From the IMG/VR virus record IMGVR_UViG_3300032213_002402: a DNA stretch of 49,945 nt; one strand, written 5' to 3'. Positions 28,396 through 37,539 of the stretch are shown one piece after another. The notes below the pieces were generated by a model. The model was not told the DNA's origin, did no database searches, and saw only the letters and a list, made by a program, of their open reading frames with translations. Numbering within the stretch: position 1 is the first letter of the stretch; every line of letters begins with the position of its first letter. This DNA comes from a virus. A program made the position numbers and the translations under genes.

Positions 28396-29151
28396 TTATA
28401 CTGAAACTTCAACTAAAGCCGTACGACGATCATACGGTTCAGCTTTGCCTAATCCCAAGTCAAAGTAAATCTCAGATATCTCTGGATTTTGTTTGTCCAC
28501 TATTATGTGATTTATCCTACCTAGAATCATTGCAGCAACAGCCATATTGGTAGCAAGTAGTTGAGTACCGCCATCTATCTCTGCACGCTCTTGACAGGAT
28601 AATTCACCTGGGTTCTTATCTGGTGGATTCTCATACTCAGGATGAAATGCTACTGGATGTTCTGTAATAGCTACATTGTCCCGACGTTGATAATGGTAAA
28701 TAGATCCGAATAAAGCATCATCATTACCACCTGTAAAAACGTCAACATTTTCTAACAAAGCAGCAGCGTCAAACAATATCTTACGAGCAGCAAAGTTATC
28801 AACAACAGCTAAGACAATATCTCCATCCATCAAAAGATCAGTAGCTTTCATCTTAGGAGATTCATCATCTGTAACACCTTTAAAATCATCTCCAACAATC
28901 CATTTAGGAACTGGAATAAAGTTAGTCTTATTAAACTGTTGAGTAAGTTCTAAAGCTTTAACAGAAGCCTTATTGCCCATCTTTGTAAAATGTTGACGTT
29001 CTTTATTCTTTTCTTCATAGTTGTCACCATCAACAATTATTAAAGCAGAACCTGGATACTTCCACTCTAGAAGACGAGCAACGCCTTCTGCTAGCCAAGT
29101 GCCAATGCCACCTGCGCCAACAATTACAAATCGTTTCTGTTCACATTCCAT
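28396..29151 (-). CDS. ThiF/E1-like adenylyltransferase
   Basis: Start at MECEQKRFVIVGAGGIGTWL; VDGDNYEEKNKERQHF, AVVDNFAARKIL, candidate catalytic Cys in GELSCQERAEIDGGTQ. Confidence 0.9.
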   Translation of the reverse strand: MECEQKRFVIVGAGGIGTWLAEGVARLLEWKYPGSALIIVDGDNYEEKNKERQHFTKMGNKASVKALELTQQFNKTNFIPVPKWIVGDDFKGVTDDESPKMKATDLLMDGDIVLAVVDNFAARKILFDAAALLENVDVFTGGNDDALFGSIYHYQRRDNVAITEHPVAFHPEYENPPDKNPGELSCQERAEIDGGTQLLATNMAVAAMILGRINHIIVDKQNPEISEIYFDLGLGKAEPYDRRTALVEVSV

Positions 29152-30865
29152 ATGAATCCCATCCTTGAGTTGAGTAGTCACTTGAGTTTTTATATGATTG
29201 CCATTCAGTGCAACCGGAAACAGCTTCATTTTCAGGAAGCTCTGCAACAGTTGCAAACTTTACAATAGCGTTCTTGTATGATGGACACGATGGAATATAA
29301 TAATGTTCACACGATTCACAAACAGATGACTTTGCGTAAAGATTAACATTTTGAGCAGACATAGCTTCATCAAAATCCATGATGTCATCAGGAAGAACTG
29401 TAACGGAACAATCACAAGCAGTATTCTCACCGTTTAAGATTGCTCCACAACACAAGGTGGCATTAGCCCATTTATCCATTAAGTCTTCGTCAAAAATAGA
29501 TTCTTCAATCCAATCTTCTTTTGATTCAGAAGGAAGATATACAGGAGACCTATCGTCTAAGATGCTATATTCAATGACACCATCAATATCGTTGTATTCA
29601 GCTTTGGTATCATATGGTTTTATCATCATAATAATATCTTCATCAGAAACAACATCAATAGCCCATATATAATATGGAATCTTAGTGCTGAAACCGCGAT
29701 AAATTTGATAGCTGTCTAAGCTATTAACTATATCATCTATGTTATGATTCATAGCAATCGTTGGTATATCACATGCGGGACATGAACTACCTTGATATAT
29801 TTCACTCTTAAACAAAGCTAAATAACAAGATGGACAAATCATAGAACCAGATCCAGATAGATCTATTTCTGCAGCAATTAATCCATTGTAAGTTAACTTA
29901 TCAAAGGGAACAACTTGTGGACGTTTTTCTACAGTCCTAACTCCACCAGGTATTGATCCCTGAGGTATTGTACCCTGTGGTGCTGTTATAGCTTGATTGA
30001 GAGGTATTATACCCGTACCCAAGGTAGGAACCCCCGCCTGCTGCGGGGGGAGTGCTTTTTTTACTTTAGCGCTCCACTCTATTACATCTGGGTCTGGGTC
30101 TTTAACTAATGCCCGATCTTCAAAAACATCAGCTGCTGTTAAACTATAAGCAGTGCCACCCATTTGTAGTTCTAGGTGATACTGAGTAGCTCCATTGGAA
30201 ACAGACTTCTGCCAACCATAAGTAATATGCAAACCATCAAAGTCTGCTTGATCACTGTGGTCTGTACCAGAAGCATAAGCAGGCATTTCAGGATGGCTGT
30301 GAACAGAACCAACAATCATGATATGATCTTCTTTAAGATCAACAATAGAATCTGGATCATACTTACAGTGAGCAGCTGTATTAGATTGCTCTGGAACTAA
30401 AATGCCCCAACCATCACTTCCAGTTTTAGTAGTGTCGTAGGTGAGTAATACAATAGACTCAGTACCATGTTGAGCATGAACTAATCTAAAGAATTCATCA
30501 AGCTTATCTATTATAATACTTGGAATAGCTGGCATAGTATACCCTGCTTCGTCATCGATTGATACCATATCAATGCCAAAGTCTTCTTCTACAATGCTAA
30601 CTGCACGACCAACAAAGTTATTTACAACCTTAAACATCTTAGACTTGTAAGTTGTATTAGGCGTGGTAACGGTTGGAGAACCAGCTTTGTAAGTGGAAGT
30701 TGTGTTTGTTGTTGTTGCTTTATGGCCAATCAAATAATAAATTTGAAATCCCAAAGCTTCAATATCATCACAGATATCAACTTTATTAGCCAAGAAACAC
30801 GGTGCTCCATTTGGAAGCCAAAAGTGATCTAGATCTTCTAATGTAATATTTTTAGTGTTAGACAT
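29141..30865 (-). CDS. JAB/JAMM metallopeptidase with C-terminal Cys-rich segments
   Basis: GSVHSHPEMPAYASGTDHSDQAD satisfies HxHx7SxxD; CPSCYLALF...SCPACD zinc ribbon and further Cys pairs. Confidence 0.9.
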   Translation of the reverse strand: MSNTKNITLEDLDHFWLPNGAPCFLANKVDICDDIEALGFQIYYLIGHKATTTNTTSTYKAGSPTVTTPNTTYKSKMFKVVNNFVGRAVSIVEEDFGIDMVSIDDEAGYTMPAIPSIIIDKLDEFFRLVHAQHGTESIVLLTYDTTKTGSDGWGILVPEQSNTAAHCKYDPDSIVDLKEDHIMIVGSVHSHPEMPAYASGTDHSDQADFDGLHITYGWQKSVSNGATQYHLELQMGGTAYSLTAADVFEDRALVKDPDPDVIEWSAKVKKALPPQQAGVPTLGTGIIPLNQAITAPQGTIPQGSIPGGVRTVEKRPQVVPFDKLTYNGLIAAEIDLSGSGSMICPSCYLALFKSEIYQGSSCPACDIPTIAMNHNIDDIVNSLDSYQIYRGFSTKIPYYIWAIDVVSDEDIIMMIKPYDTKAEYNDIDGVIEYSILDDRSPVYLPSESKEDWIEESIFDEDLMDKWANATLCCGAILNGENTACDCSVTVLPDDIMDFDEAMSAQNVNLYAKSSVCESCEHYYIPSCPSYKNAIVKFATVAELPENEAVSGCTEWQSYKNSSDYSTQGWDSYGM

Positions 30866-30904
30866 AAGTACTCCTATAGATAGACTCGTTTATTTTATAT
30901 ATAA

Positions 30905-32839
30905 TTAAAAAGGTTCTTCGTTAGACTGTTGGATTGGAATATTGCCAATTGAAGCATGAGGAGTATGATAAATCAAACCACTCAAGACAGATTGAACATA
31001 ACGATTTTTAGTAAGTAATTCTGGAGTATCATTAAATGGATCACTTAAACTCATTAAATCTTCAATGGAAACATCGCCAGATGTAAACGCTGAGTCACAA
31101 CAAGACTGACATAAATGAGTAACATGAGTTGATATAAAGGAACTCGACTGCTTATCAAATACATCTACTTGATAAGATTTAGGAAGTTGAATCATACCCT
31201 CTTTATAAAGGTGCACATAGTGCCCAGTAGGGCATAACGTGTGAGCACCAGCACAACTCTTACAGAAATACTTTTGTGATGTTTCTATTGTAGGAAGTTG
31301 AAAAGAAGGATTGTCAAAATCCAAATCAAAACCATTAAATTGAATAATAATTTCTTCTAAAGGACTATTAAAGTTATCTTGCCAATCAATATTTGTGATA
31401 ATAATAGAATCATGACAAGCAGAACATAAAGCGTGAGGAATGCTTAAGTCAGTTACATAATCTTTAATACAGTCAACACAAATTTCTTGTCCTTGTTCAG
31501 AAGTATAAATAGGAAGAACTGAAATTTTATCGTTACTTGAAACCCAGTGATAAGTTCCGCAATTTGTACACGTTGCAGAATCTACACATGAAGTATCAAT
31601 GTGTATACCCTTTTTGTCATCGTAATACAAAAACTCACTTTCAGGATGTAAATATTCATCATTGTTTTCACAATAAACAGCATTCTCACTAAAACACGGT
31701 TCGCAATATGCATTGCCACTTTTATCGTGTGACATTTCATTTTCATCACAGCTACATGGTTCTCCGCTAATAGGACAAGTTATTGTAGTATGATTTGCAA
31801 ACTCTTCATCTTCATCATCTACATCATGTCCACCTATAACTGGAGCTGAAGTAATTTTAATTCTAAGAGAAGAAGCTTCTTCCATAGGATTGTAAGCAAC
31901 ATCAGCTTCTGATGAAGAGTTATGACCACGAGCAATCCAGTTAACAACAGATTTAGCTTGTAATTTTAAATCAGAACGAGTTAAAGAGTTAATTGGTTTT
32001 GGCCGAATATTATCAGTATAATATCCTTGATAGTCACCCAACATTGCCATTTGAATAGTTAAAGGAACAGCATTAGGGCCATCGGCAGTATCGTAATAAT
32101 GCCTATCTTGATGATCCTGATCTTTTACAAAAATAGGCATCCATTGAGAAGGATCTAATACCCAATCAAGTCCATCAGTAGAAGTTTTTTCTTGCCAAGC
32201 AGTAGGATCCCAAACATAACTAGGGAAATTGTTTTCTTGATAAAATCTTGGTCCATCGGTTTCGCTCATGTTAGCGTCATTGTATGTTTCAACACCGGAG
32301 CAACGTTCTGCGAATCTAACTATTTTTTCATTAAAAGGAAGTTGTTGCCAACTGTCCTTGTGATACAAGCACTGCCAGCCTACACCATTGCCACGATAGC
32401 CTTTGCAATTAGTGTTAGGAAGATTAAGATGGTATAGCTGTTGATCAGGTGAGGTGATTGGGTATGGGCTATAAAACATTCTAGCACCAAACATATCTCC
32501 ATCTACCAAGTCACCAATCCAAATACGATAAGGCTGAGCAACTAAATATGTTTTAGCATTTCTATCGCCTTCACTGGCTCCCCAATTAATATAATTAATT
32601 TGAGGTTGGTGCTGAAAAGTAATTTGCGTATGATTGCCAGCGCTACGAATAGCTAAAACACCTGTTGCAGAGTTAGGCATTAAACCAGTGTCAAACATAG
32701 CATAAGAAGAAAAGTTTCTATAGAAAGAAACAATGTCTTTATCAGTAACGTGATCTAAATTAAATGATTTAATATTAGACCGCATTACAACAGCACCAGA
32801 GTCTGCTGTTTGAATAGAATAGTTTATATTGTTAGACAT
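30905..32839 (-). CDS. Putative E2-like domain fused to Cys-rich treble-clef/RING-like C-terminus
   Basis: FGARMFYSPYPITSPDQQLYHLNLPNTNCKG...VGWQCLY resembles paralogs 1 and 2; C-terminal CPISGEPCSC...CEPC, CTNCG...CVDC, CSAC...CKSC, HLCQSCC. Confidence 0.5.
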   Translation of the reverse strand: MSNNINYSIQTADSGAVVMRSNIKSFNLDHVTDKDIVSFYRNFSSYAMFDTGLMPNSATGVLAIRSAGNHTQITFQHQPQINYINWGASEGDRNAKTYLVAQPYRIWIGDLVDGDMFGARMFYSPYPITSPDQQLYHLNLPNTNCKGYRGNGVGWQCLYHKDSWQQLPFNEKIVRFAERCSGVETYNDANMSETDGPRFYQENNFPSYVWDPTAWQEKTSTDGLDWVLDPSQWMPIFVKDQDHQDRHYYDTADGPNAVPLTIQMAMLGDYQGYYTDNIRPKPINSLTRSDLKLQAKSVVNWIARGHNSSSEADVAYNPMEEASSLRIKITSAPVIGGHDVDDEDEEFANHTTITCPISGEPCSCDENEMSHDKSGNAYCEPCFSENAVYCENNDEYLHPESEFLYYDDKKGIHIDTSCVDSATCTNCGTYHWVSSNDKISVLPIYTSEQGQEICVDCIKDYVTDLSIPHALCSACHDSIIITNIDWQDNFNSPLEEIIIQFNGFDLDFDNPSFQLPTIETSQKYFCKSCAGAHTLCPTGHYVHLYKEGMIQLPKSYQVDVFDKQSSSFISTHVTHLCQSCCDSAFTSGDVSIEDLMSLSDPFNDTPELLTKNRYVQSVLSGLIYHTPHASIGNIPIQQSNEEPF

Positions 32840-32874
32840 AAAACTCCAATATAATATATAGAATAAATTAAAAA

Positions 32875-33258
32875 TTAATTAAATATCTCACTAAGATCAT
32901 TATCTATTTCTTGAGAAAAATCTCCAAAGGCAAAAGCAAACCACTCTGGATCTTTTTGAGCAGTCTCGATAATTTTAAGTTTAGATTCTAGCTGATCAAC
33001 AGCTTCAATCAAGTCAGCAACACGATCAACTGCTTTAGCAAATTTCTTTAACTCGTTTTTGTTATGGCTGGTTTGTAAAACAAATTTGACTAAAGGCATA
33101 TCTCCAACTATAACATTCGAAGCAATCTTTTCGATTCTTTCATTTAGCGTTTCAAGTTGAGATTGAAGTTCTGATTGAACAGACAAACTTGCTTTAGCGG
33201 AAAATGGAAATTTATCGTAAGAGTTAATCTTCGGAATAGATTCCGGATGTTCTGACAT
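32875..33258 (-). CDS. Coiled-coil protein
   Basis: 127 aa helical ORF. Confidence 0.65.
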   Translation of the reverse strand: MSEHPESIPKINSYDKFPFSAKASLSVQSELQSQLETLNERIEKIASNVIVGDMPLVKFVLQTSHNKNELKKFAKAVDRVADLIEAVDQLESKLKIIETAQKDPEWFAFAFGDFSQEIDNDLSEIFN

Positions 33259-33263
33259 ACTAC

Positions 33264-33485
33264 CTAACCTTTCGCTACTTTCTTAAACTTAATTAAACTT
33301 TTTAATTCTAATAAAGACCAGAGAACAGTTACTGAACCAACAGCGACTTTGGTTAAAAGTCTAGCTATTTGACTTTCAGTTATGCTGCTGGCATCAAAAC
33401 CTTGAACATCAAAATAAACATTTTCTAATGAATCGTTTATCTTGTTTTGCAAGTTTGTTCTTTTATTAATTATATCTTCATTCAT
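33264..33485 (-). CDS. Small unknown protein
   Basis: 73 aa ORF in tandem with neighbours. Confidence 0.6.
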   Translation of the reverse strand: MNEDIINKRTNLQNKINDSLENVYFDVQGFDASSITESQIARLLTKVAVGSVTVLWSLLELKSLIKFKKVAKG

Positions 33486-33553
33486 TTTGTACAGTCTCCG
33501 GTTCCAAGCATACAGCTTGATAATAAGTGGTTAGTGGAGGTTCATTGTTTTTT

Positions 33554-34003
33554 TTATAATGAAAATATAGGTGCAAGTTTATTTCTTTTAGCTTTACGGT
33601 AGCGTCTACCGTCAGAACCAAAGTAATTAAATACTATTTCACCACATAAAAGTAATAATAAAAATTTAGTAGAAAATAGTTTAAATAATAAATTAGTTAA
33701 AATTAATAAAGCTAAAAAGAAAGAAGCAAAGAGAGCTCCAGCCATAGCTACTGCTGGCTTATGTTCATCAGCTAAATTACTTATATAAGTTAAACCAATA
33801 GAAAAAACAATCAATGGAATAAATACAGGAAGCTTAACATCTGCTCCATAATATTTAGCCATAAAGTAATGACCGAGTTCATGAATTAATAAAGTAAAAG
33901 CTAATATTAAAGCTATTGGATTATGAATCATAGTGTAATTAACGGCAGCTACTGCAGCAAGTGAAACAACAGTAACGGCTAACCTACTTGTTGTTTTTAT
34001 CAT
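33554..34003 (-). CDS. Site-2-protease-like (M50) membrane metallopeptidase
   Basis: HELGHYFMAKYYGA within TM segment; downstream NYFGSDGRRYR. Confidence 0.78.
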   Translation of the reverse strand: MIKTTSRLAVTVVSLAAVAAVNYTMIHNPIALILAFTLLIHELGHYFMAKYYGADVKLPVFIPLIVFSIGLTYISNLADEHKPAVAMAGALFASFFLALLILTNLLFKLFSTKFLLLLLCGEIVFNYFGSDGRRYRKAKRNKLAPIFSL

Positions 34004-34778
34004 AAAAGTTTTTCATTTGCTGAGAAAGAGTTGATGATATAGCTTCTTGTATAGCTGGAGTTAAAGCTTCTTTAAAAGCTAAATCTTTAAAAGTGGTAGA
34101 AGCTATTTCACTAACAGTAGCAGTTCGATCTAAAATATCTTGGCGTATTGTAAGTTCAAGCTCATTACCTAGGGCAATATATAAAGCAGTCTCTTGAACA
34201 ATGGTAAAGTCAAGTATGTCTTTTACAGATTCAAAGTATGTTTTAACATAACGGTCATCTAATTGAGCTTTAAATATTTGAGATAAAACTTTCATAGAAT
34301 TATCATCACCATTAATAAAAGTCTTATCTAAAAACTTAAGAATAGTAAAGCACTTAGCTATGTTAAGCTCTACATCATAGAACTTATGATATAAAGGAAA
34401 ACGATTCTCAGTCAAAGCAGTGAGTGCTGAATAAACAGATCGTGGAGTTTCATCAACTCTGTAATCCATTAACCAACCATTTACCGCAGAATAAAAAGTA
34501 TCTACGAATTGATACCGAAGATTACCAATAAGGTTTTCCACCTTAAGTCCATGTTGAGATTCAATATGCTTGATAAGATTATCAAGTTGTTCTCCATCAA
34601 CATCTCCACCTTCAAAGAAGGAACCAATAGCTTTATTCAAAGTCTCATTAGATAAATCATTTTTTGATGAACTAATAAAAGGAGCACTAGTAGTGCTAGT
34701 GGTAGAGTCGCCTAAAAGAGTTTTACTGTCATCAAAAATATCATCATCATTATTGCTGTTTACTACAGGGTTAAACAC
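33984..34778 (-). CDS. Unknown helical protein
   Basis: 264 aa ORF. Confidence 0.7.
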   Translation of the reverse strand: MFNPVVNSNNDDDIFDDSKTLLGDSTTSTTSAPFISSSKNDLSNETLNKAIGSFFEGGDVDGEQLDNLIKHIESQHGLKVENLIGNLRYQFVDTFYSAVNGWLMDYRVDETPRSVYSALTALTENRFPLYHKFYDVELNIAKCFTILKFLDKTFINGDDNSMKVLSQIFKAQLDDRYVKTYFESVKDILDFTIVQETALYIALGNELELTIRQDILDRTATVSEIASTTFKDLAFKEALTPAIQEAISSTLSQQMKNFYDKNNK

Positions 34779-34825
34779 AGCACACCTCCAAAAGTATGAT
34801 AGTGTTTTTTTATATTTTACAATAG

Positions 34826-35170
34826 TTAAATCATTGAAAGTATTTTTTTACACTGTTTAGCGTCTAGGGAACTAAGATCATTATTCAGAACCTTCTTAAT
34901 TATATAGGTTCTTTCTTCTTCAGTAGTGCCGCCCCAAATACCATGGTATTGGTAGGTCAATGCACTTTGCAAACAAGATGAATTAACAGGACACTTTTTA
35001 CAAATGTCTTTAGCTATGTTGATTTCACTTGATTTAGGCGAACCAAAAAACACAGAGGTATCTGTTCCTTTACAAGAAGCTCTATCTCTCCATGAATTAT
35101 CATCACGATTAAATATATCAAAATCTTCTAAAGATCTAGAACCTATCGGTTTCTTTGCCATGATTATCAA
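34826..35170 (-). CDS. WhiB-family transcriptional regulator
   Basis: ASCKGTDTSVFF...AKDICKKCPVNSSCLQSALTYQYHGIWGGTTEEER. Confidence 0.95.
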   Translation of the reverse strand: MIIMAKKPIGSRSLEDFDIFNRDDNSWRDRASCKGTDTSVFFGSPKSSEINIAKDICKKCPVNSSCLQSALTYQYHGIWGGTTEEERTYIIKKVLNNDLSSLDAKQCKKILSMI

Positions 35171-35435
35171 ATACTCCAGAATTCAATTTATCTACAGCTG
35201 ATACTAAACCATCAGCTAGGTTAGATAAAGAGTATACAGCATCCTGGATAACTTTTCTTGCTTGATCAAATTCTTTTTTTTGTATGCAATCTACGAAAAC
35301 GGAAATAGAATCAGATATAGCAAAACCTGAAAAAGTAATTTTTGTAAATATAGCTTGCAATTGAGAACTAGTTTCTACTAATTCATTATGAATCTTTATT
35401 TCTTCAAGAAACATTTGTTCTGGATCAATTGACAT
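35136..35435 (-). CDS. Unknown small helical protein
   Basis: 99 aa ORF, MSIDPEQMFLEEIKIHNELV. Confidence 0.6.
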   Translation of the reverse strand: MSIDPEQMFLEEIKIHNELVETSSQLQAIFTKITFSGFAISDSISVFVDCIQKKEFDQARKVIQDAVYSLSNLADGLVSAVDKLNSGVFDNHGKETDRF

Positions 35436-35450
35436 TAGAACTCCGTATAG

Positions 35451-35526
35451 TAGGGCGGGTGGGGCTTGAACCCACGTGGACCAACTAACCTTTCAACACC
35501 TTATAAGAGTGAGGGTATACCGCCCC
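35451..35526 (-). tRNA. tRNA-like element, isotype unassigned, non-canonical middle
   Basis: GGGGCGG/CCGCCCT acceptor and perfect T-arm GTGGG-TTCAAGC-CCCAC; no convincing standard D/anticodon arms by eye. Confidence 0.5.
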
Positions 35527-35531
35527 TAGCC

Positions 35532-35666
35532 TTACTTAGTACGTATTCGATTAGTTTCTTTTTCCTTAGCTTTACGCTCTTGCTCATCTTGTTTACGATA
35601 AGCTTTTATTTGAGCAAGGGTAAATGATTCTTGGCCATAGTCTTTGAACACTTGTGGCTTAGTCAT
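35532..35666 (-). CDS. Small charged protein (44 aa)
   Basis: MTKPQVFKDYGQESFTLAQIKAYRKQDEQERKAKEKETNRIRTK*. Confidence 0.45.
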   Translation of the reverse strand: MTKPQVFKDYGQESFTLAQIKAYRKQDEQERKAKEKETNRIRTK

Positions 35667-35869
35667 AATTACTCCTTGTTCTAATAGGTGATAGCAGTGA
35701 TAGAGAATACAGGATTGTATTACACATTATATTCTATCATTACCAACATTTAAATGCGCTACTATCATGATTAAAAGATAACAGTGATGCCAAGAGAATA
35801 TGTGTCTCACGTGCTAATTACATCATTAGGTTCACCCACTGTTTCCAGTAAGACACGCTGCTATCTTAG

Positions 35870-35941
35870 AGCCCGCTCTCGGGATTGAACCGAGGACCAC
35901 TGCATTACAAGTGCAGAGCTCTACCACTGAGCTAAACGGGC
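35870..35941 (-). tRNA. tRNA-Thr(TGT)
   Basis: GCCCGTT/AGCGGGC, CTGCA-CTTGTAA-TGCAG, T-arm CTCGG-TTCAATC-CCGAG. Confidence 0.95.
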
Positions 35942-35948
35942 GACGGTA

Positions 35949-36434
35949 TTAGCATATACTAAAACCACCGCAATTGTCTAAAAATTCTTGAAACTGTGCA
36001 AGGTTCTCAACACTAAAAGGATAATGAGTTGGCCAAGGCCTAACGCTTCCTTTTCCTTTGCAAGCATTACATGTTTTGATCTGAACAGTATCAGTATCAT
36101 TTGGCCCTTCATGGGGCTGCCAGGTTCTACTACCAGTAGTCTCACAATACTCACAAGGAACATCGGGAAGAGAATTTAATTCTTCTTCACGTTCTTGAGC
36201 ATATTTTTGAGCTTTACCGGAATCAAGATCCTTCTTAATAAATGCTGCTAATTTCTTAGAATCACCAGCATTAAGTCCATCGCCACTATTAGAATGACCA
36301 TCTTTTACTTTATCAGCAACAGAAGGATGAAAATCTAAACAATAGTCCCAAAGTGGACGCCACCACCAAACGTTATTACGAAAGTATTCACCTTTTTCGT
36401 TTTTAGGTTTGACTCCGTATACATCCATTCCCAT
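35949..36434 (-). CDS. Protein with DnaJ-type zinc-finger repeats
   Basis: CEYCETTGSRTW...KTCNACKGKGSV. Confidence 0.7.
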   Translation of the reverse strand: MGMDVYGVKPKNEKGEYFRNNVWWWRPLWDYCLDFHPSVADKVKDGHSNSGDGLNAGDSKKLAAFIKKDLDSGKAQKYAQEREEELNSLPDVPCEYCETTGSRTWQPHEGPNDTDTVQIKTCNACKGKGSVRPWPTHYPFSVENLAQFQEFLDNCGGFSIC

Positions 36435-36445
36435 GACATACTCCT

Positions 36446-37015
36446 TTATGAACGATTAAACTCTGAACCAATTTTAGTTATTGGTGCACTGTTCCAAGTA
36501 GTTGTTGTGATTTCATTCTGCACTTGCTTAGATGGTGACATAGAAAGCTTAACAGCAGCTGCTTGTTCTACTGTGCCCAACTGCTTAAGTTGAACTCGAG
36601 TATTACGTGTCAACAACTTTGTATTGCCAGATACTTCTATGATACAACCAGCATCTGCTGCTCTCTTAATAGCATTTGCTACTAAGGTTTGATTGCCTCC
36701 AGAAAGACGCATCAAAGACTTAATACTATATTGTTCACCAGTTGCAAGAAGTCTTATAATGTAAGGAGCTCTTCCGTTAGAACTTGTCTTATCTGAACGA
36801 TAGCGAAACAAAGCTTTAATAAAATCATCTAGTTTTTCATCATTGCCTTCTTCTAACAAAGCAGAAGTAGGAGTGTTAAAAGTAGTTGTTTGATTTATAG
36901 GCTTAGCAGCAATAGTTCTTTCCTTAGCAGGCGACTTGCTACGAATGCTAGCAATAATCAAACCAATTTCTTCAGGAGTGCCTTCAATTTCAATACCGTC
37001 AAAGTTTGCTTTCAT
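36446..37015 (-). CDS. Putative winged-helix DNA-binding protein
   Basis: YSIKSLMRLSGGNQTLVANAIKRAADAGCIIEVSGNTKLLTRNTR. Confidence 0.5.
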   Translation of the reverse strand: MKANFDGIEIEGTPEEIGLIIASIRSKSPAKERTIAAKPINQTTTFNTPTSALLEEGNDEKLDDFIKALFRYRSDKTSSNGRAPYIIRLLATGEQYSIKSLMRLSGGNQTLVANAIKRAADAGCIIEVSGNTKLLTRNTRVQLKQLGTVEQAAAVKLSMSPSKQVQNEITTTTWNSAPITKIGSEFNRS

Positions 37016-37069
37016 GATATAACCTCAATGTTTATAATGGATAAAACGTTTTTCTTTTTATGATAATTA

Positions 37070-37222
37070 TTACTTTTCCCACTGGTCATCAATATCATCT
37101 TTAATATAATCCCAATTTTTTCTAATAGCATAAGTTATAGAAAAAACCATAGCTGCTATTAGAATAATCATGGGCCTAAGATCTGGCTCAAAAGGGCCGG
37201 GAAAAATGATTGATGAAATCAT
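37070..37222 (-). CDS. Small membrane protein (50 aa)
   Basis: MISSIIFPGPFEPDLRPMIILIAAMVFSITYAIRKNWDYIKDDIDDQWEK*. Confidence 0.5.
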   Translation of the reverse strand: MISSIIFPGPFEPDLRPMIILIAAMVFSITYAIRKNWDYIKDDIDDQWEK

Positions 37223-37368
37223 AATGTTTCTTTAACTAGTTCTTCATCTATCATAAGATGAAGTCTAATATCAAGGAGAAGATCAGTCATCTCTGAAGAT
37301 GAAACTAATTGTCTTCCTGATATTTGTTTAATAGCATTATCTATAAGATCTGTAATTTGTTTTGTCAT
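37219..37368 (-). CDS. Small protein (49 aa)
   Basis: MTKQITDLIDNAIKQISGRQLVSSSEMTDLLLDIRLHLMIDEELVKETL*, ATGA overlap with next gene. Confidence 0.5.
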   Translation of the reverse strand: MTKQITDLIDNAIKQISGRQLVSSSEMTDLLLDIRLHLMIDEELVKETL

Positions 37369-37370
37369 AG

Positions 37371-37443
37371 CTGGCGAGGTAGGGATCGAACCTACGACAA
37401 GCGGATTAACAGTCCGCTGCTCTGCCTACTGAGCTACTCGCCA
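37371..37443 (-). tRNA. tRNA-Asn(GTT)
   Basis: TGGCGAG/CTCGCCA, GCGGA-CTGTTAA-TCCGC, GTAGG-TTCGATC-CCTAC. Confidence 0.95.
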
Positions 37444-37539
37444 AAATATTATTTATTTTGTTTAATGTCGGCAACTAACACGAGCAGTAAACTAACAGCT
37501 ATTAAAGTTACAGGTATTCCAATTACTAATCTAATAATA

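Noticed and set aside
21269-32839. Labelling the block as a canonical PRTRC, Bil or CBASS type II system
   Set aside because: No ParB-like or CD-NTase gene is seen and gene content differs; similarity to PRTRC parts is from memory of motifs only.
35667-35869. About 200-nt non-coding gap between a small ORF and tRNA-Thr with partial inverted repeat TGATAGagAATA/TATTCTATCA
   Set aside because: Imperfect pairing; insufficient to call an RNA gene, though RNA-seq could revisit it.
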